Below are positions 11,539-21,187 of a stretch of 64,000 nt of DNA, piece by piece. Both the position numbers and the translations under genes were made by a program. Under the pieces are notes generated by a model, which was not told the origin of the DNA, made no database searches, and was given only the letters and a program-made list of their open reading frames with translations. Source of the DNA: an uncultured Candidatus Saccharibacteria bacterium (GTDB taxonomy: Bacteria; Patescibacteriota; Saccharimonadia; Saccharimonadales; UBA4665); contig CAZSZJ010000003.1 of the NCBI GenBank assembly GCA_964610985.1, positions 143 through 64,142 on the forward strand, read 5' to 3'. Position 1 is the first letter of the stretch; each line of letters starts with the position of its first letter.

Positions 11539-13428
11539 TTAGGCCAGTACGGCTTTGATGCGGCGAATACCGGCTGAGCTTGCTTCCTCTTTGAGTATCT
11601 TAAAACGCTTGCCGTCTTCGAAAAGCTCCAGGGTATGGTCGACGTGCGGCCCGCCGCAGATTTCGAAACTAAAGGGCTTTTCTGCACCGTCAGCAATCAT
11701 TTTGTAGACTTTGACGGTTTCGCCGTAGCGGTCACCAAATTGGCCGAGTGCGCCTAAAGGCCCCGTTGCTTCAGCCGTTGGATATTCGGCCCAGGATACT
11801 TTGAGGTCTTTGCTAATTTGTTCGTTGACGATGTCTTCGACTCGTTTGAGCTGTTCGGGCGTAACTTTTTCGGGATGGCTAAAGTCGAATCGCAGGCGTT
11901 CTTCAGTGATGTTGCTGCCTCGCTGGATAACGTGGTCGCCGAGGACATCACGCAACGCTTGGTACATGAGGTGTGTGGCGGTGTGGTATTTTTTGTGCTG
12001 TAGGGTTTGGCCGCCGAGACCGCCCTTGAAGACACCTTTACTGGCGGTTTGGCTGCGTTCGCGCTGCGTCTTCATGAGCGCATCAAATTGTTCGCGCCAA
12101 TCTGCTGCAACTTTAATGTCCTGCTTAAAAGCTTCCTCGACGCTCAGCTCGACGGGGAAACCATAGGTGTCATAGAGCTTAAATACTTCTTCACCGGTCA
12201 GGCCGCTAGCGCCCATTTTGGACATTTCATGGATGCCTTTGCGGAGTGTTTGGCGGAAAACTTTTTCTTCGCGGGTCAGAGTCTCGATGACTTCGTCGCG
12301 TTTGGCGTGGACTTCTGGGAAGTCGTTTTCATACAAGCTCGTGATGACCGGCACGACTTCTTGGACAAAGTTTTGTTCGATACCAAGGTCAAAAGCAAAT
12401 CGGATGGCGCGGCGCATCAAGCGACGCATCACATAGCCCTGTTCTTTATTACTTGGCTTGACGCCATCGATAGCCAGGAACGCGGCGGCGCGTAAATGGT
12501 CAGCTACCACCCGCATGGCGTTGGTGTGGCTGTCATATTTTTTGCCAGACAAAGCCTCGAGTTTTTCGATAATCGGCCAAAGCAGGCTTATTTTAAAGGC
12601 ATCGGGGCTGTCAATAGCCGCCATGGCAATTCGTTCCAGGCCGCCGCCGAAGTCCACGTTTTGCTTGGGCAGTTTTTCGAAGCCGGCCTCAGTGCGGACA
12701 TATTCCATGAATACACTATTGGCGATTTCGATAAAGCGGCCGCAGTCGCAGTTGGGATGACAATACTCACCGTATTCAATGTTATGCTCGATAAAGTCGA
12801 ACTCATAAAAGATTTCGCTGTCGCCACCGCCGGGCTCACCAACCGGCATATCTTTGATTTTGCCAGCACGGCACCACCAGTTTTTGTCGGCGTCATAAAA
12901 GAAAATGCGCTCGTCAGGCTTCATGCCGCGCGCGTAACCGTCCTGTTCGGAGCCGATATCGGCCTTCAGTACTTCGATGCCTTTTTCGGCAAACAGCTTT
13001 TCCCAAATCTCGGCAGCTCGTGTATCGCGCGGAATACCGTTTGCTTCATCGCCAATAAAACAGGTCACGTAGAGTTTTTTAGGATCGAGACCAACAACAC
13101 TCGTTAGGAATTCAAAGATCCATGGCAATTGCTCGCCCTTAAAGTAATCACCAAACGACCAGTTACCTAGCATTTCAAAGAAAGTGGTGTGGCGATTGTC
13201 GCCAACTTCAGCAATATCTTGGGCGCGCAGGCAGGTCTGAGAGTCGACCAAACGCACGCCTTCGGGGTGTTCTTCGCCCAGTAAATATGGAATCAGCGGC
13301 TGCATGCCCGAACCGGTAAATAGTGTCGTCGGGTCATTGAGCGGCACCAAAAGCGCGCGGGGAATCACCTTGTGCCCGTTTTTTTTGTAAAAATCTAAGT
13401 AAGCCTGTCTAATTTGCTGCGCATTCAT
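11539..13428 (-). CDS. alaS: alanine--tRNA ligase, short form lacking the C-Ala domain
   Basis: 629 aa. Class II catalytic core (FFEMLGNWSFGDYFK), tRNA-recognition region and editing-domain metal motifs (HTATHLM ... CGGPHV). It ends right after the editing domain. Confidence 0.95.
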   Translation of the reverse strand: MNAQQIRQAYLDFYKKNGHKVIPRALLVPLNDPTTLFTGSGMQPLIPYLLGEEHPEGVRLVDSQTCLRAQDIAEVGDNRHTTFFEMLGNWSFGDYFKGEQLPWIFEFLTSVVGLDPKKLYVTCFIGDEANGIPRDTRAAEIWEKLFAEKGIEVLKADIGSEQDGYARGMKPDERIFFYDADKNWWCRAGKIKDMPVGEPGGGDSEIFYEFDFIEHNIEYGEYCHPNCDCGRFIEIANSVFMEYVRTEAGFEKLPKQNVDFGGGLERIAMAAIDSPDAFKISLLWPIIEKLEALSGKKYDSHTNAMRVVADHLRAAAFLAIDGVKPSNKEQGYVMRRLMRRAIRFAFDLGIEQNFVQEVVPVITSLYENDFPEVHAKRDEVIETLTREEKVFRQTLRKGIHEMSKMGASGLTGEEVFKLYDTYGFPVELSVEEAFKQDIKVAADWREQFDALMKTQRERSQTASKGVFKGGLGGQTLQHKKYHTATHLMYQALRDVLGDHVIQRGSNITEERLRFDFSHPEKVTPEQLKRVEDIVNEQISKDLKVSWAEYPTAEATGPLGALGQFGDRYGETVKVYKMIADGAEKPFSFEICGGPHVDHTLELFEDGKRFKILKEEASSAGIRRIKAVLA

Positions 13429-13461
13429 GGGTTATATAATAACAGAGAGAGGCAGGCCATG

Positions 13462-14409
13462 TCACTCTGACTTGCGATACGCCCCGCCGGACATGTTATG
13501 GACAGTATCTTTTGTCAGAGTTTTATGTTTGTCGGCGGCGTCATCTATCTTTTTCATTGAGCTTTCATCTTCAACCAAACCATGGGCTACACCATAGTCA
13601 ATAACCACCAATTCACTGACATTACAGATGAATTGATCGCCGATAGAAAGGCTGGTGTGCGAAACTGTCAAATCACCTACAGCGGTCACCACTTCATTGA
13701 CTGTAATAAAATTTTTGTATTTTTCTGGATCAGGACAGACATCTCGGGCGGCCCTTGCAAGCTGCCTAATTTGATTTCGTCGGTCCACTTTACGCATCTG
13801 GACCCCTTGCAAGCGAGCCCAAAAACCTTTTGCTTCGTCCTCACTTAAATCGGCAACGGAAATTCCAAATTCATCCCCGCCCAGGCGTTCGCGGTAAACG
13901 ACTATATTATCGCCCTTGCGTATGCTACCCAAGATTTCCTTAGCTGCAGCCTTTAAAATCAGATCACCCACATCTTCACCAAAGAAGTCATTTGGCCACT
14001 TAAAGTCATCTATATCTCCTCTGATCTTTGTGTAGCTTCGAGGGTTCTTGACTCCTTCGGCTGGACGGCGCTTTTCGGCCAAACCGCGTAAAAGATACAC
14101 CCCGTCCGCCCACCTCTCAAATTCAGAATAAGTAAGCATTCCCGTAAGATCATCTACTGCGATCTTGGCATCGGCTCCGAATTGCGCCTCAGTCTGAACT
14201 CCCAGCCAGGCCGCCACGTCCTCATCACGCCGATCTCCATGCAAACGATCAGCTATGCGGACAACTAAAGGGTCGCTTTCATCGAGGCCTACAAGCGCAC
14301 CCAGACGGCGTCGGTGTTCTTGCAACCTACTGTCGATTTCCATCTCTCTAGATGGAAAATAAGTTTGGGCCATGTCAAAATAACTTGGACCGTTGGCTTC
14401 GGCAGACAT
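13462..14409 (-). CDS. GGDEF-domain protein (putative diguanylate cyclase) with unknown N- and C-terminal extensions
   Basis: DDLTGMLTYSEF ... GDIDDFKWPNDFFGEDVGDLILKAAAKEIL ... ERLGGDEFGISV reproduces the GGDEF-domain pattern (D-x-LTG, DxDxFK-x-x-ND-x-x-G-x-x-x-GD, GGDEF). No TM or recognisable sensor domain. Confidence 0.7.
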   Translation of the reverse strand: MSAEANGPSYFDMAQTYFPSREMEIDSRLQEHRRRLGALVGLDESDPLVVRIADRLHGDRRDEDVAAWLGVQTEAQFGADAKIAVDDLTGMLTYSEFERWADGVYLLRGLAEKRRPAEGVKNPRSYTKIRGDIDDFKWPNDFFGEDVGDLILKAAAKEILGSIRKGDNIVVYRERLGGDEFGISVADLSEDEAKGFWARLQGVQMRKVDRRNQIRQLARAARDVCPDPEKYKNFITVNEVVTAVGDLTVSHTSLSIGDQFICNVSELVVIDYGVAHGLVEDESSMKKIDDAADKHKTLTKDTVHNMSGGAYRKSE

Positions 14410-14441
14410 TAAATTCTCCTGAATTGCTGGCGCTATACATT

Positions 14442-15488
14442 TTACATCACGATGCCGCCGCCGACAACGCGGTCAGCTTCGTAAAGCACGGCGGATTGAC
14501 CGGGAGTGAGAGCGCGGACGTCATCTTTGAGCTTTAGGCGCCAATTGCCGTTTGGCAGTTTTTGGGTGGACGTGACTTCGATAAGCTCAGCGCGATAGCG
14601 GGTACGCACGTGGTATTTGCCATTTTCTGATGGCTCGGCGTTGATCCAATGCGTCAAAGTAAGTTCAAGTTCGCTATGCCATAATCGGTCATCTTGCAGA
14701 TCTGTCGTCACGTACACCTCGTTTTTGTCCATATTTTTGCCAGTGACGTAATAGGGCAGGCCGCCGCCGACACCCAAGCCCTGACGTTGGCCGATGGTAT
14801 AAAAGAGCGCGCCATCGTGTTCGCCAATGACCTGACCGTGCTGGTCCATAATTGGCCCGGGGGCGGTTTTTACAAACTGTTGCAAAAACTCTTTGATGCC
14901 GACTTTGCCGACAAAACAAATGCCCTGACTGTCTTTTTTCTCTGCAGTATTAAGCCCTAGTTTTTTGGCAATTTCGCGCACTTTTGGTTTTTCGTATTCA
15001 CCAATTGGCATAAGACTTTTACCAAGTGCCTCTTCGGTCACGCGGTACAGAAAATAGCTCTGATCTTTGTTTTTGTCCAAGCCAGCGAGTAGAGTGACGT
15101 TTTTGATACGGGCGTAGTGACCGGTAGCAATCATGTCTGCGCCATCAGCGAGTGCCGCTTCCAAAAACAGCTTAAACTTCACTTCCTGGTTGCACATAAT
15201 GTCAGGGTTGGGCGTTAGGCCAGCCTTGTAGCCGTCAATCATATAGTCGACGACTTTACTGCGATACTCTTTTTCAAAATCGAACATCTTGAATGGAATA
15301 CCGAGCTTGACCGCCACGCGCTTGGCGTCCTGATAATCTTCTTTCCAAGGGCAAACAAAGCCAGGCAGATCCTGACTCCAGTTTTTCATGTACACACCGG
15401 TGACGTCATAGCCCCGCTCCAGTAGCAACGCCGCCGTAACTGAACTATCCACACCGCCGGACATGCCGACATAAACTTTCTTTGCCAT
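14442..15488 (-). CDS. mnmA: tRNA 2-thiouridine(34) synthase MnmA
   Basis: 348 aa. PP-loop VGMSGGVDSSV; conserved NPDIMCN and CFVG catalytic cysteines. Confidence 0.95.
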   Translation of the reverse strand: MAKKVYVGMSGGVDSSVTAALLLERGYDVTGVYMKNWSQDLPGFVCPWKEDYQDAKRVAVKLGIPFKMFDFEKEYRSKVVDYMIDGYKAGLTPNPDIMCNQEVKFKLFLEAALADGADMIATGHYARIKNVTLLAGLDKNKDQSYFLYRVTEEALGKSLMPIGEYEKPKVREIAKKLGLNTAEKKDSQGICFVGKVGIKEFLQQFVKTAPGPIMDQHGQVIGEHDGALFYTIGQRQGLGVGGGLPYYVTGKNMDKNEVYVTTDLQDDRLWHSELELTLTHWINAEPSENGKYHVRTRYRAELIEVTSTQKLPNGNWRLKLKDDVRALTPGQSAVLYEADRVVGGGIVM

Positions 15489-15543
15489 AACTGGAATATT
15501 TTAGCAAAATTTCACTATAAAAACCACTGTTATGCAACTAGGG

Positions 15544-16710
15544 CTACAGGCGCGGCGTCAGCAAAATGATCTTATCGTTGCTACCATTGCTGGTACTGAG
15601 GTACAAATTGCCATCCGGGCCCTGGGTCACGGCGCGCAACCGCCCATACGCGCCTTCCAAGATCTTTTCTTCGCCCACGACTTTATCTTGACTGTCGAGA
15701 CGAAGAATTTTGAGGTGTTCCGTTTTGAGCATGGCCATCGCAAATGCGCCATTCCACCCCTTCCAGTTGTGCCCATAAATCATGGACGCACCAGAAGGAG
15801 CCACGGTCGACGATCCAGAAGACCAGATAGCGTCGATGGCATCCGGAAAGCGTTTGTTGTCAGTCATGGGGACGCTCTCGTCATAACCTTTGGCGGGCGG
15901 CGACCAGCCAAAGTTACCTTGCCGTAGCTCGTTTACTTCGTCGTCTTCACCCGTTCCGTGTTCTGCACTTAAGCCCAGTACGCCATTTTTGGCCTGGTCA
16001 AAAAATGCCAGACCTTGGATATTCCGGTGACCGTATGAATAGATACGTGGATCGAATTCGCCGCCCATATTTCCAGCCACGGGAGCGCCGTCACGGGTGA
16101 CACGCAACACCTTACCGCCCAGTTGTTTGGGATTGGTCGAAGTGTCACCCTGCGCGGAATCGCCGGTGCCCACCCATAGGTTTTTATCCGGTCCAAACTC
16201 CAACTGACAGCCTGAATGCCGCCCCGCTGATGCTCCATTATTTGCCGTAATACCCGTAATGATATCTTTTCGCTCATGCGCCAGCAGCAAATCGTTCAAG
16301 CGCCAGCGTACCACACGAATATCTTTGGCAGTGCTATTAAAACAGGCATATATTAACCGGTTACTTGCAAAATCCGGGTCAACCGCAAGCCCCATCAGGC
16401 CGCCCTCGCCCGCAGGCCTAACGTCTGGAATCGATTCTATAAGCTGTGCTTGGCCATTCCTGAGGTACTGTATTTTTCCGTCGCGCTCCGTAAACAATAA
16501 TTCGCCACTCGGCAAAAAGGCGATGTCCCAAATAAACCGACGTCCGCTTAGCAGAACCGTATCCACAACCCCTGGAGAAGAGTTATCACCCTGCCAATTC
16601 TGCAGAGATTCCGTACTCTGGGGTTGACTGCGCACTATGATAAACATGGCTGCGGCGAGCAGCAGCAAACCGATCGTCGTCGTAAACAGCAATGTCATTT
16701 TTTGCTTCAT
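15544..16710 (-). CDS. secreted/anchored PQQ-dependent sugar (glucose/sorbosone) dehydrogenase-like beta-propeller
   Basis: N-terminal hydrophobic anchor. GSDH-type motifs (GLMGLAVDPDF, GRHSGCQLEFGPD, YSYGHRNIQGLAF, EHGTGEDDEVN). The start overlaps the stop of the upstream PKD gene (ATGA at 16707-16710). Confidence 0.8.
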   Translation of the reverse strand: MKQKMTLLFTTTIGLLLLAAAMFIIVRSQPQSTESLQNWQGDNSSPGVVDTVLLSGRRFIWDIAFLPSGELLFTERDGKIQYLRNGQAQLIESIPDVRPAGEGGLMGLAVDPDFASNRLIYACFNSTAKDIRVVRWRLNDLLLAHERKDIITGITANNGASAGRHSGCQLEFGPDKNLWVGTGDSAQGDTSTNPKQLGGKVLRVTRDGAPVAGNMGGEFDPRIYSYGHRNIQGLAFFDQAKNGVLGLSAEHGTGEDDEVNELRQGNFGWSPPAKGYDESVPMTDNKRFPDAIDAIWSSGSSTVAPSGASMIYGHNWKGWNGAFAMAMLKTEHLKILRLDSQDKVVGEEKILEGAYGRLRAVTQGPDGNLYLSTSNGSNDKIILLTPRL

Positions 16711-17594
16711 CCCTGTTGTTCCAATCGTTTACGCAGTGCGGCCAGCTCGTATCGCCGGCCCAGCCAAAATGCCACAAAGATTAAGATTACCGATGCTGCG
16801 GCCGGCAACCACAAAACGCGTGTAATAACTTGTTGTTTTTGCTCGGCATCACCTGGGGCATTCGAGGTAATGGCACCGTTAGCTATCGCCACTAACTGCA
16901 AATACGCGGTCAAACCGTCTTTGTCAGTTGCTTTAATGATAACCTTGTAAACACCGGCGGATGTATAAATATGCTTGAGGTCGATGGTGCCGGGAAATTG
17001 TCGGCTAATGAGGTCGGGCGCCTTGTTGTCGCCCCAATCAACACTGATAGCATATGGGCCCGTGCCGCCCGTCAAGATAATGGGCCATGTTAGTAGCTGG
17101 CCGGGGTTTGACCCGCGCTGTGCATAACTGCTCGTCAAACTAAGCAACGACGCGTTAAACGGATTAAACTGGGTATCATGAAAGGTCACTTTTACGATAT
17201 TGGAATCCGGTCCTGCTTGGTCAAAAGCGTCATAGGCACGCGCCACCAGGTCGTTCTGGCCCGCAAAAAGGTCAATCTGCAAAGTATAGCTACCAGTCGC
17301 GCACTGTACCGAACCTACAAAGACATTATTGGCAAAGACTTTGATTAGCAGGTTTTTGGGGCACAGACCCGCGACGGTTACTGGGGTGCTAGTGAAGGAC
17401 TGCCCAGAACTGGGCGTTGTGATGGTGGGCGCCTGGGTCGGCGGATTGCTCGGAATTTTGCCTTCGATACCAACCGAACCGGCTTGCGGATTTTCGACAG
17501 GCGAAGCGGCCCCTGCCACTCCAGTAAAAGCCAATAAGCTCATCCCAAAGGCAACCAGGACAACTGCGCGTATTAAGGCCGGACGACGAAACAT
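16707..17594 (-). CDS. surface protein: signal peptide, Ig-like domain, PKD domain, C-terminal TM anchor
   Basis: Signal peptide MFRRPALIRAVVLVAFGMSLLAFTGVAGA. PKD signature ISVDWGDNKAPD...HIYTSAGVYKVIIKATDKDG. C-terminal TM VLWLPAAASVILIFVAFWLGRR. Confidence 0.7.
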   Translation of the reverse strand: MFRRPALIRAVVLVAFGMSLLAFTGVAGAASPVENPQAGSVGIEGKIPSNPPTQAPTITTPSSGQSFTSTPVTVAGLCPKNLLIKVFANNVFVGSVQCATGSYTLQIDLFAGQNDLVARAYDAFDQAGPDSNIVKVTFHDTQFNPFNASLLSLTSSYAQRGSNPGQLLTWPIILTGGTGPYAISVDWGDNKAPDLISRQFPGTIDLKHIYTSAGVYKVIIKATDKDGLTAYLQLVAIANGAITSNAPGDAEQKQQVITRVLWLPAAASVILIFVAFWLGRRYELAALRKRLEQQG

Positions 17595-17657
17595 ATATCT
17601 TCTATAACCCTCGTCTGTATTATACCGTTTTGCTTATGCTAGAGCGAGACTCTAATT

Positions 17658-18701
17658 CTAATGGCGATATCGAGTGCGGCGACCGCTAAAGGCGCGGCGG
17701 ATCAGCCATACAAGCAGGACGATCAAGATGATAGCGACCGCCAGAACGGCCACCGACCACCAAGGGATATACCAGAAACTGGTGGTAGCGAGTATTTCCT
17801 GTGAATTATTGCCATTGAGACCATAGTAGAGCGCAACCTGAGCGGTGTAGCGACCCGGCAATAGGCCAGGATCGTCACATGTGGCGTTTTGCGTGGGAGT
17901 TTGCTGGGCATTCGGATCTTTACTTTCGAGCACGCTCGTCTTTAGACAAGCCTGAATACGGCGCGTTTGACCAATCAACACTAATTGTTTTTTGGGGTTC
18001 GCATCGGTTACTTCTTTGACGGTTGCGCCAAACATATTTTTGACTACGAGACTTCCGGTGGGCTGCTCGGCAATATTACCGGTGTTTTGCAGACGGTAAG
18101 CAAATTCTTTTGGCGTTGAACCAAGATAAAAACTCTTAAAGCCGCCCTTTGATTCGTCTTTCAGGTCAGCGACAAACATACCAAAGTCTTTGAGTACCAA
18201 TTTTTCCCTGGCTTCCCCTGGTACGGTTACAAAGACAAGACTTGCCGTCGATGCAGCAATATTAACTTTTTCTTTGGTTTCAGGGTTTTTAGCGGTGTAT
18301 TCGATGGCGCTATAGTAGCTCCCTGCACCTTGTTTTTCGGGAATGGTTATCGTAATGGGTACGTTGGCCGATTTACCGGCGGCGATCTTAACACTATCCT
18401 GTATCTTTGCAAATGGCTTGAGTGACCAAGGCGTCTGCGGCAAATTGTCGTCTAGCTGCAAGGCAGGTGCGCCCGTTTCGTTGGCTGCCCCAAAATCGAT
18501 AATACGAATGTTTACCTGCAAGTCTTGGTTGAGACTCAGGTTACGAATATACAATGTATCTTTTACGGTCTTGCCCGCTTGCACAGTGTAGTCTTTGCGC
18601 GGCGAAATGCCGAGGCCATTGGACTGCGCCGACACGGATGATACGGAAACAAGTGTCATCACTGCCAGGAGCAAGGAAATAACACGTGCGATTTTCTTCA
18701 T
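17658..18701 (-). CDS. cell-surface protein with DUF916/DUF3324-like two-domain architecture and C-terminal membrane anchor (CscA-like, tentative)
   Basis: Signal peptide (...VSSVSAQS). First half GISPRKDYTVQAGKTVKDTLYIRNLS...WSLKPFAKIQDSVKIAAGKSANVPITITIPEKQGAGSYYSAIEY. Second half LVLKDFGMFVADL...FAYRLQNTGNIAEQPTGSLVVKNMFG. C-terminal TM WWSVAVLAVAIILIVLLVWLIRR plus a basic tail. The family assignment is by pattern resemblance only. Confidence 0.55.
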   Translation of the reverse strand: MKKIARVISLLLAVMTLVSVSSVSAQSNGLGISPRKDYTVQAGKTVKDTLYIRNLSLNQDLQVNIRIIDFGAANETGAPALQLDDNLPQTPWSLKPFAKIQDSVKIAAGKSANVPITITIPEKQGAGSYYSAIEYTAKNPETKEKVNIAASTASLVFVTVPGEAREKLVLKDFGMFVADLKDESKGGFKSFYLGSTPKEFAYRLQNTGNIAEQPTGSLVVKNMFGATVKEVTDANPKKQLVLIGQTRRIQACLKTSVLESKDPNAQQTPTQNATCDDPGLLPGRYTAQVALYYGLNGNNSQEILATTSFWYIPWWSVAVLAVAIILIVLLVWLIRRAFSGRRTRYRH

Positions 18702-18747
18702 AAACCCTCTTTTTACTAGGAATTAACCTTTAGCCTTTAGTTTACCA

Positions 18748-19803
18748 TCAAAAAGTCGCTGCACAAACATAGGTAAGTGTTGCAGTATACACACCGGGTG
18801 GTTGGCTAGGTGAAATATTAACAATGTAGCTGGATGTGAATTTACGGCTATCGGTCGCAAAGGAGCTCGTGGCTACTGTATCGCCGCTTACAAAAGCAAA
18901 ACGGTTCGAGGTATCGTAGCGCGCAGTTGGCGTACTGATGCCGGCACCAGTGGGATTTGCACCCACCGCCGGATCAGAATTTTGTCGCAAATTAAGCCCA
19001 AACTGTGCATTGCCCGGGGCACTGACGGTCGGGTTTGCCAGAGGCGAGATAACATTATTTCCGGATGTCATGGTCGTGCCGTACATACTTATGGCCAGGC
19101 CGAATTCGGCATTTGTGGCCGCAATCATCTGCGAAGAACCGTAGGCCACTCGCGCGGTTGAGAGATCGCCCAAATCAATTACGCTATCATCGGCGGTCGA
19201 ACAATCATCGGCCAGCACGAGCCCCACGCAAAACTTCAAGATTGGCGGAACTTCCGAACTCACATGAATGCTGGTAGTGGTCGAGTTTACGACCGCGCCA
19301 AAGTCAATATACGCCCCCGAGCCATCTGCGCTAGCAAAGGTGCTTATTCGCACATAAAACGTGTCAGGGGCACCCGTCGGGTTTACAACCGCGTCAAAAA
19401 CATAGTGCGATGGATTTGCGACCGGGGATGTAGTCGCTGCACGCGAAAGTGTCAAACGGTTAGGTTGAGCGTCAAAGATAGAAAAACCGGTTTCGCCCGT
19501 TTGGTCGGCCAATACAGCCCCTGACACGTCTATGCCCGTTGGCGCGTTACATGGCAATTCCAAGAATGGGGTTGTGCAGTATTCGAACACGACTGAGCCT
19601 ACAGCGTCCGGACTAGCATATGAAAACTGAAAAGAGTGACGAGTGATTGCACCGGGTTGGCTATCCTGAATGTGCAGTCCGCGACCCTGAAGCTGTAGCG
19701 CCGAAACCTTGAGTGGAAGCGCTGTGAAGTAAACGAAAGGCAAGAATAGGCTAAGCGCAATTAGCAAATTGTCCTTTAGGCTAGTCCGAAGCTTTTTTGC
19801 CAT
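18748..19803 (-). CDS. secreted surface protein, paralog 3 of a three-member family (unknown family)
   Basis: Signal/anchor sequence NLLIALSLFLPFVYFTALPLKVSA. Shares an N-terminal module (GSVVFEYCTTP ... FYVRISTF) with 19834..21120. Shares a C-terminal module (NAQFGLNL...YDTSNRFAFVSGDTVA...NISPSQPPGVYTATLTYVCAATF-stop) with both neighbours. Confidence 0.7.
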   Translation of the reverse strand: MAKKLRTSLKDNLLIALSLFLPFVYFTALPLKVSALQLQGRGLHIQDSQPGAITRHSFQFSYASPDAVGSVVFEYCTTPFLELPCNAPTGIDVSGAVLADQTGETGFSIFDAQPNRLTLSRAATTSPVANPSHYVFDAVVNPTGAPDTFYVRISTFASADGSGAYIDFGAVVNSTTTSIHVSSEVPPILKFCVGLVLADDCSTADDSVIDLGDLSTARVAYGSSQMIAATNAEFGLAISMYGTTMTSGNNVISPLANPTVSAPGNAQFGLNLRQNSDPAVGANPTGAGISTPTARYDTSNRFAFVSGDTVATSSFATDSRKFTSSYIVNISPSQPPGVYTATLTYVCAATF

Positions 19804-19833
19804 ACACGCACCGAAGCTGGCTAAAGCCTAAGG

Positions 19834-21120
19834 TTAATACGTTGGAGTCGCTAGGTAAGTAATACTTGTGGTGTAGATGCCCGGAGGGGTGGTGGTCGAG
19901 ATATTGCCGAGGTATCGAACCGAGCCAGTATCGCAGGTTACCGTACCGCTCGCCGATGCGATCTGGACGGGTGTCGTTACGCTACTGGGAGCAAAGGCAA
20001 AGAGAGCCGTACCACCGTTGGTGATTGTACCGTTTCCGGCAGCATATGGCGCAGAAGCGGCAAGGTTGGTGAAGCTATGCCCGTTTCCTAGCTGGGTGTC
20101 ACTGCTGTCGATAGCCAAACCAAACTGGGACGTACCGACGCCGCTAGCAACCGCCGTGCTAGGCGTAGGCTGTGTGGTACCGGCAGCGGCAATAGAATTG
20201 CTCCCGCTCTTGAGCGTATCTCCGGAGTAATAAATAATCGTTCCGCCGTTGGCGTTCGTACTTAACCGGAAGTAAGAATGGGCGTCATATGCCTGCTGAA
20301 AACTCAACGTCCCCTCGGTTACATCACCCAAAACTAGCGCACCGTTATCGCTAAACGCCGTACAAGAAGTGGTGGGGGGCGTGACTGTGCTGCCTACCGA
20401 AAAGTTAAGCGTTTCCTGAACCTTAGCCGTAATGTCGATCTGCTGTGCCGTTGAGTTGGCGACAGAACCTTGGTCGACCGGTGTCGCAAAGGCGTTGTCA
20501 GAATACGTAGTCATGCGCACAAAGAATGCCTGGTTATCTGTTGTTGGATTCGTCACGTAGTTTGATCCGCTGGCACCAAATTCTGCGGTAACGGTCGCGC
20601 CGCTCGTAACAGAGGCTGCTGTGCGGGAAATGGCAATACAATTGGTGCGGCCCGGGCTTGCGCCAGTACAGTTATAAGGCGCGCCGGTAAGAACGGCTGA
20701 TGCATTGACCGTAAAACCACTGCTAAATCCTGTACCGGTAGTTGTTACTGCGGTAACGTTAGCGGCCGTAAAACCCGTAGGTGAGGTACATGTTGTGCCA
20801 GGCAATGGCGTTGTACAAATCTGAAACAATACTGAACCGATGTTTCCCGTAGTTGGAATGGTAAAGCCAAAAGTGTACTTTGCACGTGCGCCGTTGCCAC
20901 CTTCGCCGGGGTTACCGACGTTGATGCTTCCATTGGCGGAGCTGCTAATCGTTAATTTGCGCGCAGTGATCTGTGCAGCCTTGGCGTTCCCGGTAAATAT
21001 GATCATATCGCCCACAACCCAAGCACCGAAAAGGGCGATAGCTAACGTCAACAGGCTCGTGCGACGTAGAAATGATCTGATTTTGGTCATGTAATTATCC
21101 TGTTTATTTGCAGTGTTCAT
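19834..21120 (-). CDS. secreted surface protein, paralog 2 (largest) of the three-member family
   Basis: Signal peptide around LLTLAIALFGAWVVG...AKA. GSVLFQICTTP and FFVRMTTY modules. C-terminal TSQFGLAI ... GNISTTTPPGIYTTSITYLATPTY-stop. An alternative ATG at 21090 (MTKIRSF...) is equally plausible. Confidence 0.7.
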   Translation of the reverse strand: MNTANKQDNYMTKIRSFLRRTSLLTLAIALFGAWVVGDMIIFTGNAKAAQITARKLTISSSANGSINVGNPGEGGNGARAKYTFGFTIPTTGNIGSVLFQICTTPLPGTTCTSPTGFTAANVTAVTTTGTGFSSGFTVNASAVLTGAPYNCTGASPGRTNCIAISRTAASVTSGATVTAEFGASGSNYVTNPTTDNQAFFVRMTTYSDNAFATPVDQGSVANSTAQQIDITAKVQETLNFSVGSTVTPPTTSCTAFSDNGALVLGDVTEGTLSFQQAYDAHSYFRLSTNANGGTIIYYSGDTLKSGSNSIAAAGTTQPTPSTAVASGVGTSQFGLAIDSSDTQLGNGHSFTNLAASAPYAAGNGTITNGGTALFAFAPSSVTTPVQIASASGTVTCDTGSVRYLGNISTTTPPGIYTTSITYLATPTY

Positions 21121-21187
21121 ATGAAAGTATTTTTCGTTTTAAGATTATCATAAAACATAAGCATTTCGCAACCTTTTTGCATGCAAT

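Noticed and set aside
13462-14409. GGDEF-like protein as a Cas10 palm or CD-NTase of a defence system
   Set aside because: There are no CRISPR repeats, cas genes or effector genes nearby. The motif set is that of classical diguanylate cyclases, and the flanking genes are alaS and mnmA.
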